Shown here: positions 18,483 through 28,604 of the stretch, in pieces
Layout: each line of letters opens with the position of its first letter
Position numbering within the stretch: position 1 is the first letter of the stretch
Source of the DNA: Candidatus Sericytochromatia bacterium
GTDB taxonomy: Bacteria; Cyanobacteriota; Sericytochromatia; S15B-MN24; UBA4093
Assembly (NCBI GenBank): GCA_036676495.1
Contig: JAKFCT010000028.1
Span: 64,001-128,000, forward strand
Direction: 5' to 3'
Length of the DNA stretch: 64,000 nucleotides
Translations under genes and position numbers: made by a program
Notes under the pieces: generated by a model
What the model was told of the DNA's origin: nothing
Database searches by the model: none
Seen by the model: only the letters and a program-made list of their open reading frames with translations

Positions 18483-20387
18483 TTGGATAGCTCCTCGTCC
18501 CAACGAATCGTCGACCGCGTCGTCGAAGTCTTCCTCTGGATCCTGCTGCTTTTCACCCCGCTCTTGATCAACGTGGCCAACGTGGACGCCTACCGCACGG
18601 TGCAGGCGATGTTCGCCTCGTGCCTCTCGGCCCTCGCGGTCGGATCCTGGTGCGTGGGCCTCTCGATCACCCGGCGCTGGCGAGAGATCCTCCGGATGCC
18701 CCTGCTCGTGCCGCTGGCGATCTTCGCCGCCTGGGTGCTGGTCAGCGCGACGCGCTCCACGGCCCCTGGCATGAGCCTTTTGAGCTGGCTGAACCTGGCG
18801 CTCTACTCCGGAGTCTTCATGGCGATCGCCGACCTCACCAGCCGGAACGCCGCGGCGCGCAGCCGCCTCCTCGTGGCGCTGCTCGTCCCCTTCGCCCTGA
18901 ACTCCCTCGCAGGCATCCTGCAATACCGCCACTTCGACTTCATGGCCCTCGGGCGCGAGATGGGCCTCAGCGGAGGCATGCTCAACTACGTCGCCGGCCT
19001 CGAGGCTCCCGCCAAGCTGGGATCCGCCGCCGGCATGCTCGGTAATCAGAACGTGCTGGGTGACTACCTCGTCGTCCTCATCCCCTTGGCCTTCGCCCTG
19101 GCCGTGTCCAGCATCTGGATGGCCATCCCGGCGGGCCTGGCGGGGTACCTCGGATTGGTCGCCCTGTTTGCCTCGCAAACGCGAGGAGCGTGGGTGGCGA
19201 CGCTCATCGCGGGCATCCTCACCGTGATCGCGTGCTCGATCATTGGCTCCCAGAAGTACAAGCATCTCTCGCTCAAGCATTTTGCCCCCCTCGGGCTGGT
19301 TCTGATGCTCGGTTTGAGCGGAGCGACGATTGCCGGAGGTGGCTTCGTCGTGGCCATCGGCAACGGCAGCGTGGTGGTCGCCGGCAACCTGAACCAGGAC
19401 AACATTCTGACCCGAAGCCTCGACAAGATTGCGAATGCCGGAAAGGACCGAACCAGCCAACAGCGCCTCACCGCCTGGGACGTCGCGACGCTCATGGCCA
19501 ACGACAGCCCCATCATGGGGCAGGGCATCGGGACCTACAAGATCAAGTACTTCAACTTCCTCGCCAAGAAGTACGCCGACGCCCCCGTCCCCGAGATGAT
19601 GCAGCACCGCTACGTGCAGGCTCACAACGACCTGATCCAGCTGGCCGCCGAAACCGGTTACGTCGGCTTCCTGCTCGGTCTCGCCACGCTGCTGATGTTC
19701 GCCTGGGGCCTCCTGCGCTTCGTCTGGCAACGGACGCTTCCCGGCCGTGAGGCCCTGCTGATCCTGGCGGGCCTGGGCGGCTTGACGGCCATGGTACTCA
19801 GCGCCCTCTTCGGCTTCCCCTTCCACATTGCCGCCTCCTCCACCGCCTTCGCAGCGGTCGCCGGGATCATCGCGGGACCGTGGTTCGCCGATCGCCGGGC
19901 CCTCCAACCGGAAACGGCCTCCCCAGCAGGCAAGGGCATCCTCCAGCAGGTCGTTCTGCCCATCGCCATGGGATGCTTCGCGCTCGCGCTGGTCGTCGCC
20001 TACTACCGCCCTTACCAGGCGGACATCCTCATCAAGCAAGGGACGGAACTCTACCAGGACCGCCAGATTCCGCAGGCCCGTGCCCTCTTTGAGGAAGCCG
20101 TCGCCCTCGACGGAGAGCGCGGAGACGCCCGGATGATGCTGGGCATCATCCTTACGGCTTATCAGCAGTACCCGCAGAGCGTGCAGATGCTCAATCAGGC
20201 CCTTTTGAGCTACGACGACGTGACCCTGCACTTCTACCTGGGCCGCGTCTACGAAGTCATGAACGAGCTGAAACTGGCCAAGCAGCATTACGAACGGGCG
20301 ATGCATTACTTCCCGCCGTCGACCGAGATCTACCAGACGGTGGAAGCGCGCTTGCGCGTCGTGAACGCGCAGCTCGCCACCCCTTAG
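18483..20387 (+). CDS. O-antigen ligase / O-oligosaccharyltransferase-like membrane protein with C-terminal TPR
   Basis: About 12 TM; SQTRGAW, PIMGQGIGTY and AHNDLIQLAAETG motifs; TPR tail; TATAAT at 18441. Confidence 0.85.
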   Translation: MDSSSSQRIVDRVVEVFLWILLLFTPLLINVANVDAYRTVQAMFASCLSALAVGSWCVGLSITRRWREILRMPLLVPLAIFAAWVLVSATRSTAPGMSLLSWLNLALYSGVFMAIADLTSRNAAARSRLLVALLVPFALNSLAGILQYRHFDFMALGREMGLSGGMLNYVAGLEAPAKLGSAAGMLGNQNVLGDYLVVLIPLAFALAVSSIWMAIPAGLAGYLGLVALFASQTRGAWVATLIAGILTVIACSIIGSQKYKHLSLKHFAPLGLVLMLGLSGATIAGGGFVVAIGNGSVVVAGNLNQDNILTRSLDKIANAGKDRTSQQRLTAWDVATLMANDSPIMGQGIGTYKIKYFNFLAKKYADAPVPEMMQHRYVQAHNDLIQLAAETGYVGFLLGLATLLMFAWGLLRFVWQRTLPGREALLILAGLGGLTAMVLSALFGFPFHIAASSTAFAAVAGIIAGPWFADRRALQPETASPAGKGILQQVVLPIAMGCFALALVVAYYRPYQADILIKQGTELYQDRQIPQARALFEEAVALDGERGDARMMLGIILTAYQQYPQSVQMLNQALLSYDDVTLHFYLGRVYEVMNELKLAKQHYERAMHYFPPSTEIYQTVEARLRVVNAQLATP

Positions 20388-20541
20388 CCCTTTCCCGACC
20401 TCAGCATTCCCCCAGGGCCCGCACTTGATGGGCCCTGGGGGAATGCGTGGCCTAAAACTCCGTGCTTGCCCGGATGCCGGCCACTGCGGCATGGGTTATT
20501 CTGAGGCAAAGGCCCCAGAGGGCTCAGAAGCGGAGGTTCGC

Positions 20542-20988
20542 ATGAAGGTTTTGGCGACCACGGACGGGTCCGACCTGTCCCTGAAGGCACTCGGGCAGCT
20601 CAGTCGGTTCCTCAAGCCCGAGGACACCCCGATCGAACTGGTCTCGGTGTATCGTTCGCCACGAACCCTGACCTATGGCGCGGATCCCATGGGTGTCAGC
20701 TACGAGCGGATGGTGGATCAGCTGCAAGACGAAGCCGAGAGCGACTGCGAGGCGGGCCGACAGGTCCTGGCCGCGCAGGGCTTCGCGGTGAAGACGGTGA
20801 CCCTCATGGGCGAACCGGCCGCGGCCATCCTGACGCTGGCGGAGCAACTCACGCCGGATCTGATCGTCGTGGGCTCGCACGGCCGCAGCGGGATCTCGCG
20901 CTTCCTGCTCGGTAGCGTCTCCGAACAGGTGCTTCGTTACGCTCCCTGCTCCACGCTGGTAATCAAGCTCCCCCGGGACCAGGCCTGA
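20542..20988 (+). CDS. Universal stress protein
   Basis: MKVLATTDGS...DLIVVGSHGRSG..FLLGSVSE. Confidence 0.93.
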   Translation: MKVLATTDGSDLSLKALGQLSRFLKPEDTPIELVSVYRSPRTLTYGADPMGVSYERMVDQLQDEAESDCEAGRQVLAAQGFAVKTVTLMGEPAAAILTLAEQLTPDLIVVGSHGRSGISRFLLGSVSEQVLRYAPCSTLVIKLPRDQA

Positions 20989-20994
20989 TGCCTG

Positions 20995-21513
20995 CTAGCG
21001 CGGGGTATCCTTGAGCCGCAACAAGTAGGTCCCCGCGCCGTCGGGGTCATGGTCGAAGTTGAGCCGGCGTCCCGCCGCGAGCACGATCGTCACCTGCTGG
21101 CGGCGCGAGGCGTAGCCCGGGTAACTTGCCGTCACCTCCAGCGCCACCCCCATGGGCAGGTCCGGAAGGATGTAGGCGCCGTCCTCGATGGGGACCACCC
21201 GGGTCTGCGGCGGAGTCCCCGGAATCCGGACCGTCACCTTCCCCTCACTCCCCGGAAGCAGCTTATAGCCCTCGGGAAGCCCGGTCTCGGCAGCCACCGT
21301 GGGGGTCTCCGCGATGTAGACATGGCCGGACAACGCCGCGGTCGAAACCGGCTGCCCGTTGCCGATCGCCCGCGCCGGCGGCCGCTTGTAGCCCGGCGCG
21401 GGGTAGGTCTCACTCCAACAGGCCGGAAGCCCCAACAGCCCCAGGCCCAGGATCACCGCGCGCAGGGGCCCGCGCCCATGGCACCTCCCGCTGAGCGGCC
21501 TCAGCCGCGGCAT
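20995..21513 (-). CDS. Hypothetical lipoprotein with carboxypeptidase-regulatory-like beta-sandwich
   Basis: Lipobox-like LPAC; DGAYILPDLP.G...VTASYPGY pattern; start uncertain (21513 or 21573). Confidence 0.6.
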   Translation of the reverse strand: MPRLRPLSGRCHGRGPLRAVILGLGLLGLPACWSETYPAPGYKRPPARAIGNGQPVSTAALSGHVYIAETPTVAAETGLPEGYKLLPGSEGKVTVRIPGTPPQTRVVPIEDGAYILPDLPMGVALEVTASYPGYASRRQQVTIVLAAGRRLNFDHDPDGAGTYLLRLKDTPR

Positions 21514-21520
21514 GAGACGG

Positions 21521-21566
21521 TGCCCGAACCTTTGCCTGAACCTTTGCCTGAGACTTTGCCCGACCT
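21521..21566. repeat. 12-bp tandem repeat, about 4 units
   Basis: tgcccgaacctt tgcctgaacctt tgcctgagactt tgcccgacct. Confidence 0.75.
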
Positions 21567-21652
21567 CATGCATGAAAGACCCTCCCTTCCGGCATCCTAG
21601 CGGATCCCGGCGGGGAGGGTCTTGGGTAAAGGGGCCAAGGGTTATGGTGGAG

Positions 21653-22798
21653 TTAGACCCGCTTCTTCGAGTCGAAGGCGTCCCGCAGGCCGTCTCCGAA
21701 GAAGTTGAAGGCCACCACCGTCGCGACGATCACGAAGCCCGGAGCCAAGAGCCACGGGTGCAGGCTCAGGCTCGCGAGGCTGCGCGCCTCCTCGAGCATG
21801 TTGCCCCAGCTCGCCGCCGGCTGCTGAACGCCCAGGCCGAGCATCGACAGCGCCGACTCTCCCAGGATGTAGCTGGGCACCATCAGCGAGACCGAGACGA
21901 TCACCCAGGACGAGGTCTGCGGCAGGATGTGCTTGACGATCACCCAGAGGTGATTCGCGCCGGCCGCCCGCGACGCCTCCACGTACTCCTGCTGCTTGAT
22001 CGAGAGCACCATGCCGCGGATGACGCGCGACAAGCTGGTCCAGCCCAGCAGCGCCAAGATCGCCGTGATGACGAAGTAGCGCTGGGTCGGGGTGATGTCC
22101 CAGTGATAGGTGACGCCGAACAAGGCGAGCAAGAGGTAGAACGAAGGGAAGGCCATCAGGGCTTCGACGATCCGCATGAGGACGTTGTCGATCCAGCCGC
22201 CGAAGTAGCCGGCGATACCGCCGATCAGCATGCCGAGCGGGATGACGATGGCGATCGCCATCAAGCCGACCGTCAGCGAGACCCGCGAGCCGTAGAGGAG
22301 GCGCGAGAAGATATCCCGCCCCGCCTGATCCGCCCCAAAGAGGTAGAGCCGCGCGGAATCCCCTTCCACTCCGAAGAGGTGGAGCTTGGCCGGGATCAGC
22401 CCCCAGAGCTTGTACTCGGGCCCCTGATGGAAGAGCGTGATCCGGTAGGGCTTGGACGTATCCTCCTGGTACTTGCTCAGGAGGGTCTCCGTATCGAACT
22501 CCTCGGTCTGGTTGTAAATGAAGGGCCCGACGAACTTGCCCTCGTGCATGACGTGGATGGCCGCCGGAGGCTGATAGCTCTTGTTGCGGTCCTCGTAGAT
22601 CTCCGTGTAGGGAGCGAAGAACTCGGCGAAGATCATCAGCACGTACATGATCCCCAGGATCCACATGCCGGCGACGGCCATCTTGTGCTTGGTGAAGCGC
22701 CGCCAGATGCGCGCGTTGGTGCTGACCATGGGGGGCAGCTCGTCCTCGGGACGGCCCTGCATCGGCTTGGACATGGTTTCCGGATTCACAGTCGCCAT
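21653..22798 (-). CDS. oppC: Peptide ABC transporter permease (OppC/AppC)
   Basis: FGADQAGRDIFSRLLYGSRVSL, EYVEASRAAGA, FNFFGDGLRDAFD. Confidence 0.92.
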   Translation of the reverse strand: MATVNPETMSKPMQGRPEDELPPMVSTNARIWRRFTKHKMAVAGMWILGIMYVLMIFAEFFAPYTEIYEDRNKSYQPPAAIHVMHEGKFVGPFIYNQTEEFDTETLLSKYQEDTSKPYRITLFHQGPEYKLWGLIPAKLHLFGVEGDSARLYLFGADQAGRDIFSRLLYGSRVSLTVGLMAIAIVIPLGMLIGGIAGYFGGWIDNVLMRIVEALMAFPSFYLLLALFGVTYHWDITPTQRYFVITAILALLGWTSLSRVIRGMVLSIKQQEYVEASRAAGANHLWVIVKHILPQTSSWVIVSVSLMVPSYILGESALSMLGLGVQQPAASWGNMLEEARSLASLSLHPWLLAPGFVIVATVVAFNFFGDGLRDAFDSKKRV

Positions 22799-22801
22799 CC
22801 T

Positions 22802-23770
22802 TTACGCCTCCAACTTGATCCGCGGGTCGACCAGGGCGAGCAGGATATCCGCCAGCAGGTTGCCCACGAGCAGCATGAAGGCGCCCATCATGATGCCCGC
22901 CATCGCGAGCGTCATGTCGAGGCCCTGAAGGGCTTCGAGCATCATCATGCCCATGCCCGGCCAGCCGATGATGATCTCGACCAGCGCGAAGCCGGAGAGC
23001 AGCGATGCGAACTCGTAACCCAGGATGGTGACCAGGGGGTTGATCGCGTTGCGGACCGCGTGCTTGTAGATGACCCGATTCTCGGGCAGGCCCTTGGCCC
23101 GGGCCGTGCGGACGTACTCTTCGCCGAGCACGTCGAGCAGGTTGCCGCGCATGCGGCGCTGCAAGATCGCGATCGAGCCGACCGCCACGGCGAAGACCGG
23201 GATGACCAGGTGCTTGCCGATGTCGAGGGCCTGCTGCATGGGCGTCAGGTAGGCGAAATCCGGGCTGGTCATGCCGCCCACCGGCAGGACTCCGGTCTTG
23301 GCCGCCGCGAAGAGCAGCAAGAGCGCCAGGAAGAACTCGGGAATGCCCAGCAGGAAGAAGGTGAACCCGGACGCCACCTTGTCGAAGGTGGAGTACTGTC
23401 GCACCGCCATGGCGATGCCCAAGGGGATCGCGACCAGCCAGGTGAAGAGGAAGGCGGCCACCCCCAGGATCAGGGTGTTGCCGAGGCGCTGGACGATCAA
23501 GCTCGAGACCGAGGTGCGGTACATGAAGCTCTGGCCCATGTCGCCCTGGACGAAATTGGTCGCCCAGCGGACGTACTGGATGTGCACCGGCTGATCGAGA
23601 CCCAGGCGCGCGCGCTCGGCGGCGATCGTCTCAGGGCTGATGCTGGGATTGAGGGCCTTCTGGGTGAGGAAGTCACCCGGCGCCATCTTCGAGATCCCGA
23701 AGCTGATGATCGAGATGAAGATCAGCAGGGGGATCATCTGGATTAGGCGCTTGAGAATGTACCGGAACAT
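22802..23770 (-). CDS. oppB: Peptide ABC transporter permease (OppB/AppB)
   Basis: LGLDQP..QY..W, YVRTARAKGL, DPRIK. Confidence 0.93.
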   Translation of the reverse strand: MFRYILKRLIQMIPLLIFISIISFGISKMAPGDFLTQKALNPSISPETIAAERARLGLDQPVHIQYVRWATNFVQGDMGQSFMYRTSVSSLIVQRLGNTLILGVAAFLFTWLVAIPLGIAMAVRQYSTFDKVASGFTFFLLGIPEFFLALLLLFAAAKTGVLPVGGMTSPDFAYLTPMQQALDIGKHLVIPVFAVAVGSIAILQRRMRGNLLDVLGEEYVRTARAKGLPENRVIYKHAVRNAINPLVTILGYEFASLLSGFALVEIIIGWPGMGMMMLEALQGLDMTLAMAGIMMGAFMLLVGNLLADILLALVDPRIKLEA

Positions 23771-23933
23771 CCTGCTCTCCTAAACGAGGTGAGCTTCTAA
23801 CCCGACCAATTGGGGGATCCGAGGGGCGCCGGCGCGGGCGACGATCGATCCGGTTCAGGTAGACGCTCTGGGGGCCGTTGGACGATTGTAGCACGATCCG
23901 AACGGGCAAAGCCGCTCGGATCGTGCCTTTGGG

Positions 23934-25748
23934 CTACTTTCGGTAGAGCTCCCACGAGTTCCAGGAGCTGCCGAGGCTGCTCATGGCGCTGGGCTGGACA
24001 TTGCCCAGGTTGTTGCGGACGGCCACCGTGTAGAGGAAGACGGGCCGGTAGATCAGCACGGACTCCTCGGTGAGGATCTTCTGGAACTCCGCATAGAGCG
24101 ACTTGCGGCGCTCCTCGTCGAAGTTGGTGGACGCGTCGGCCAGGATCTCGTCGATCCGCGCCTCCCAGGCGGTATGGGCCTTCGGGGTCTTGGGATCGTG
24201 GTTGAAGGAGTGGGCATGGCCCGAGCTCTTCCAGAGGTTGCTCGCGGAGAAGGGATCCACGCCGGCCCCGAAGGCGCCCATGGTGATCTCCCAGTCGCGG
24301 GTGTTCTGGAGCCGATCCAGCTTGGAATTGAAGGTCATCGGCGAGAGCTTCAAGTCGATGCCGAGCTTCTTGAGATCGGTCTTCCAGATGTTGGCTTCCT
24401 GCTCGCCTTCGGGGCTGCCGGTCTCCATGATCATCTCGAGCTTGACCGGGTTACCCTTGGCGTCCTTGAGCATGCCGTCCGCGCCCTTCTTGAAGCCCGC
24501 CTCGGTGAGCAGGGCCTCCGCCTTGGCGAGGTCGTACGGGTACATGACGTTGGCGTCGGGGCTGAAGTAGGGGCTCTTCTGGAAGACGGGCGAGTTCTGC
24601 TCGACGCCCATGTTGCGCAGGACGTTCTTCTTGATCGCCTCGCGATCGAGGGCATGGGCGAGCGCGCGGCGGAAGCGCACGTCACGCAGCCAAGCCGACT
24701 TTACCGGATCGACGTAGGGCTTGCCCTGGGCATTCTTGCGGTCGTTGATGTTGAGCTCGAAGTACGACAGGCGCCAATCGGGACCGTCGTTGACGATCGT
24801 GAAGTTCTGCTGCTTCTCGAGCGGCTTCATCAGGGGGTAGTCCTTGCCGCGGAGCCACTGGGCGTCGGTCTCGCCGGCCTGGAACTTCAAGAGCGCGGTG
24901 TCGACGTTCTTGAGGAAGGCGACGTCGAGGCGATCGAAGTAGGGCAGGGGCTGGTTCTGCTCGTTGACCCGCCAGTAGTTGGGGTTGCGCTTGAAGACCA
25001 TGCGCTGGGCAGGTTGGTAGGACTCGTAGATCCAGGGGCCGTTCGAGACGATCTTGGTGATGTCGGCGTCCAGGGCCCAGGTCTGGTTGAAGACGGGGGC
25101 GCCGGTCTTGTCGGTCTCGGTGACGGTCTTGGCGAGGGCGTGCTTGGGGAGGATGGGCACTCCGCCGACCAGCCGCAGGAACGGCACGAAGGGCTTGGGG
25201 GTCGAGATGGAGACCGTCTGGTCATCCACCTTCTTCACGGTGGGCAGCTTGCCGTCGACTTCGATGGTGTCGCGGGTGTCCGTGGGGATCTTGGGGTTGG
25301 CGATGACGTCGTTGAAGGTGAAGACGACGTCGTCGGCGGTCAGGGGCTGACCGTCGGACCACTGGACGCCCTTGCGGATCTTGAAGGTGTAGGTCTTCTT
25401 GTCCTCGCTGACCGACCAGGAGGAGGCGAGGGCCGGCTCGATCTGGTGGGTGAAGGGATGCTCCTCGACGAGGCCTTCGAAGGTGTAGGAGACGAAGCGG
25501 GCCGAGGTCGAGTCGGTCACCAGGGCGGGGTTGAGGGTCTTGGGATCCTCGTAGGCGGGCAGGTGCATGGTGCCGCCGTACTTGCCGATGGTGCCGGGCT
25601 GGACCTTGGGCTCGGTGGTGGTGATGGCGGGGACCGGGGCCTCTCCGCCCTTGGGGGCGGAGGCCTGCGGCTTTTCGCCCGAGCAACCGGCGATGAGGGC
25701 CGCCCCCAACAGGGCGGAGCTGAATAGCTTGACCTTACGGGTGATCAT
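23934..25748 (-). CDS. Peptide ABC substrate-binding lipoprotein (SBP family 5), copy 1
   Basis: Lipobox IAGC; DPKTLNP and WSDGQPLTADDVVFT motifs. Confidence 0.93.
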   Translation of the reverse strand: MITRKVKLFSSALLGAALIAGCSGEKPQASAPKGGEAPVPAITTTEPKVQPGTIGKYGGTMHLPAYEDPKTLNPALVTDSTSARFVSYTFEGLVEEHPFTHQIEPALASSWSVSEDKKTYTFKIRKGVQWSDGQPLTADDVVFTFNDVIANPKIPTDTRDTIEVDGKLPTVKKVDDQTVSISTPKPFVPFLRLVGGVPILPKHALAKTVTETDKTGAPVFNQTWALDADITKIVSNGPWIYESYQPAQRMVFKRNPNYWRVNEQNQPLPYFDRLDVAFLKNVDTALLKFQAGETDAQWLRGKDYPLMKPLEKQQNFTIVNDGPDWRLSYFELNINDRKNAQGKPYVDPVKSAWLRDVRFRRALAHALDREAIKKNVLRNMGVEQNSPVFQKSPYFSPDANVMYPYDLAKAEALLTEAGFKKGADGMLKDAKGNPVKLEMIMETGSPEGEQEANIWKTDLKKLGIDLKLSPMTFNSKLDRLQNTRDWEITMGAFGAGVDPFSASNLWKSSGHAHSFNHDPKTPKAHTAWEARIDEILADASTNFDEERRKSLYAEFQKILTEESVLIYRPVFLYTVAVRNNLGNVQPSAMSSLGSSWNSWELYRK

Positions 25749-25762
25749 GGGTGATGGCTCCC

Positions 25763-27583
25763 TTACTTCCGATAGACCTCGTAGAGGTTCCAGATGGGGT
25801 TCATCCCGCTCATCGGGGTGAACTTGGTGATTTTCACGTTGCCCAGGGTGTTGCGGATCGGGTAGAGGGCGATCCGGTTGGTGGTGTAGATGTAGGGCAG
25901 GTTCTCCGCCACGATGGTCTGGAACTCCGCGTAGAGCTCCTTGCGCTTGCCCTCGTCGAGGGTGGTGGCCGCCTCGTCGAAGATCCGATCGATCTCGGCT
26001 TCCCAGGGGGTCGCGGGGGTCTTCTGGTTCATGTTGAACATGTGCAGGCGGCCGTTGGACTTCCAGATATTGGAGCCCAGCGCCGGATCGAGGCTGCCGG
26101 TGAAGCCCATGACGATGGCCTCCCAGTCGAGGGAGCTGTCGGTCTTCTCGATCAGGGTGTTGAACTGCATGGGCTGGACCTTGATCTTCATGCCGAGCTT
26201 GCCGAGGTCGGTCTTGAGGGTATCGGCCACCGAGAGGCGCTCGCGGTTCTCGACGTTGGTCATGAGGGTGAACTCGATCGGGTTGCCCTTGGGATCGCGC
26301 AGCTGGCCCGCGGCGTCCTTCTTGTAGCCGGCGGCCTCCAGGATCTGCTGGGCCTTGGCGAGGTCGTAGGAGTACTTCGGCACGTCGGCGCTGTAGTAGG
26401 GGCTCGCCGGGGAAAGGGCCGAGTCGAGGGTTCCGGCGATGCTCTGGTAGACGTTCTTGACCAGGGAGTCCTTATCGACGGCATGCGCGACGGCCTTGCG
26501 GAAGTTCACGTCGTTGAACCACGCCTGCTTGACGGGATCGACGTTGTGCTTGCCCTTGGGGTTCTTGTCGCGGTTCTGGTTGAAGGTGAGGAAGTTGACC
26601 GAGAAGTCGGTGCCGGCCTTGTGGATCGTGAAGTTGCCGGATTGCTCCTGGGGCTTCATGAGGGCGTAGTCCTTGCCGCGCAGGGAGGCGTCGGCCATGT
26701 GGATGTCGGTTTCGCCGCCCTGGAACTTGAGCAGCGCGGAGTCCTGGTCCTTGGTGGCCTGAAGGATGACCTCGTCGAAGTACGGAAGGCGCTCGCCGTC
26801 CGCGTTCACGCGCCAGTGGTAGGGGTTGCGGGTCATGACCAGGCGCTGGGCGGCCTTGTACTCCTTGAACATGAAGGGGCCGGTGCCGACGATGGTCGAG
26901 AAGTCCGTGGTGTCGAGGCCCCAGGTCTGGTTGAACTTGGGCGAGCCGGACTTGTCCTTTTCCGTGACGGTCTTTGCGAGCACGTGCTTGGGGAGGATAG
27001 CGATCGAGCCGATGACGCGCAGGAAGGGCGCATGGACCTTGGCGGTGGTGATGGAGACGGAATCCTCGTCGACCTTCTTCACGGTGGGCAGCTTGCCGTC
27101 GACCTTGATGCCGTCGCCCCAGTCCGAGGGGATCTTGGGGTTGGCGACGAGGTCGTTGAAGGTGAAGACGACGTCGTCGGCGGTGAGGGGCTGGCCGTCG
27201 GACCACTTGAGGTTCTTGCGCAGGTCGAAGGTGTAGGTGAGGCCGTCAGGGGAGACCTGCCACTGGTAGGCGAGGGCGCCTTCGGGTTCGCCGGTTTCGC
27301 CGTTGGTGGTGGTGAGGCCGTCGAAGACGAGGCTCATGGGGGTGGAGGAAGAGGTCTCCTGGGCGAGCAGGGGGTTGAAGGTCTTGGGGTCGGAACCCCC
27401 GATGGAGAGGCGGCCTCCGAACTTGCCGATGGGGCCGGGCTGGACCTTGGCCGGGTCGACCTCGATCTTGGCGGCGACGCGGGAGGGGTCGGACGAGGTG
27501 GCGGGCTGGTCCGCGCCGGAGCAGCCGGCGATCATGAACACGCCAAGGGCGCCGGCAAGGACGGCGCGGGAGGTCTTCTTCAT
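25763..27583 (-). CDS. Peptide ABC substrate-binding lipoprotein (SBP family 5), copy 2
   Basis: Lipobox IAGC; DPKTFNP and WSDGQPLTADDVVFT motifs; clear paralog of the adjacent gene. Confidence 0.93.
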   Translation of the reverse strand: MKKTSRAVLAGALGVFMIAGCSGADQPATSSDPSRVAAKIEVDPAKVQPGPIGKFGGRLSIGGSDPKTFNPLLAQETSSSTPMSLVFDGLTTTNGETGEPEGALAYQWQVSPDGLTYTFDLRKNLKWSDGQPLTADDVVFTFNDLVANPKIPSDWGDGIKVDGKLPTVKKVDEDSVSITTAKVHAPFLRVIGSIAILPKHVLAKTVTEKDKSGSPKFNQTWGLDTTDFSTIVGTGPFMFKEYKAAQRLVMTRNPYHWRVNADGERLPYFDEVILQATKDQDSALLKFQGGETDIHMADASLRGKDYALMKPQEQSGNFTIHKAGTDFSVNFLTFNQNRDKNPKGKHNVDPVKQAWFNDVNFRKAVAHAVDKDSLVKNVYQSIAGTLDSALSPASPYYSADVPKYSYDLAKAQQILEAAGYKKDAAGQLRDPKGNPIEFTLMTNVENRERLSVADTLKTDLGKLGMKIKVQPMQFNTLIEKTDSSLDWEAIVMGFTGSLDPALGSNIWKSNGRLHMFNMNQKTPATPWEAEIDRIFDEAATTLDEGKRKELYAEFQTIVAENLPYIYTTNRIALYPIRNTLGNVKITKFTPMSGMNPIWNLYEVYRK

Positions 27584-27613
27584 CGATTCCGCCTTTTTGG
27601 TCACAGGGGGGGA

Positions 27614-27853
27614 CTAGGCGCCGGTGCGGCTCAGCATGGCGAGGGCGATCGCCACCAGGAACCAGCTGACGGCGAGGACCGCGGTGATCTTGTTGAGGCC
27701 GGCCTCGACGCCCTTCTGGCTGCCGAAGACGTGCGCTTGGCCGCCGATGCCCGCGAGCCCCTCGCCCTTGGCCGAATGCAGGAGCACGGCGACGATCAGG
27801 CCGATCGACAGGAGGGCTTGGCAAACGAGCAGGAAGACTTGAATGAACGACAT
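27614..27853 (-). CDS. secG: Preprotein translocase subunit SecG
   Basis: 79 aa; VLLHSAKGEGLAGIGG...LNKIT, cyanobacterial-style SecG. Confidence 0.92.
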   Translation of the reverse strand: MSFIQVFLLVCQALLSIGLIVAVLLHSAKGEGLAGIGGQAHVFGSQKGVEAGLNKITAVLAVSWFLVAIALAMLSRTGA

Positions 27854-28061
27854 GGCGATCCTTTGCGGTGGAGGGGGCGACGCGGAGGCGACACGGGGAG
27901 TGCCCCTCCTATGGTATATCACAGGGGCGGGAAGCGGGTCAAACCGCACGGCGCCGCGGGGGGAGGGACCCACGGGCGCCTTTCGTCGAAACGGCCAATG
28001 GCGCTCATACATGGAGTTGCTACGGTGGGGGGAGGCCGTCCAGATGCGAGAGGAGGTCCCC

Positions 28062-28598
28062 ATGCGCGTCCAGCGGGTCCGTCCGAGCGAGCGTTTCTTC
28101 GTGACGCCGTTTTTCGAGTCGTTCGAGCCGACGATGAACCGGAAAGTCCGGGACTACATGGCGACCGACATCCTGGCGACGTCGCCGGAAGCGACTCCCT
28201 ACGAGGTGGCGCAGGCGATGGTTGCCGAGCGGGTGGATGTGCTGCCGGTGGTGGACCGGGAATTGCGGGTGATCGGGGTCGTGAGCGAGGACGACCTGCT
28301 GAGCCGGGTGAATTTCCCGCATGGGAAGGTCCTGGATGGGCTGCGCGACCTCTTCGGGGGCGGGGACTACCGGGCGCAGAAGTCGACGGCCCGGCGCGTG
28401 GAGGGGGTGATGAGCCGGGACGTCTGCACGATCGGGCCCGACGACTCCATCCAGGACGCCACGGAGCGGATGATTCACAAGGGGGTGCGGGCCCTGCCGG
28501 TGACGGACGGCGAGGGCCACATGATCGGCCTGATCACCCGGCGCCATATCCTGCAGGCGATGCTCCAGTGGAGCGAGCGCAAGGAAGGCCCGGATTAG
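28062..28598 (+). CDS. CBS-domain pair protein
   Basis: KVRDYM..LPVVD..IGVVSEDDLL and a second CBS unit; RBS aggagg. Confidence 0.88.
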   Translation: MRVQRVRPSERFFVTPFFESFEPTMNRKVRDYMATDILATSPEATPYEVAQAMVAERVDVLPVVDRELRVIGVVSEDDLLSRVNFPHGKVLDGLRDLFGGGDYRAQKSTARRVEGVMSRDVCTIGPDDSIQDATERMIHKGVRALPVTDGEGHMIGLITRRHILQAMLQWSERKEGPD

Positions 28599-28604
28599 GC
28601 TCGC

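Noticed and set aside
20405-20447. Perfect 17-bp stem hairpin after the ligase gene, and similar GC hairpins at about 9886, 21576 and 48856
   Set aside because: Position directly after stop codons fits ordinary terminators or 3' stabilisers
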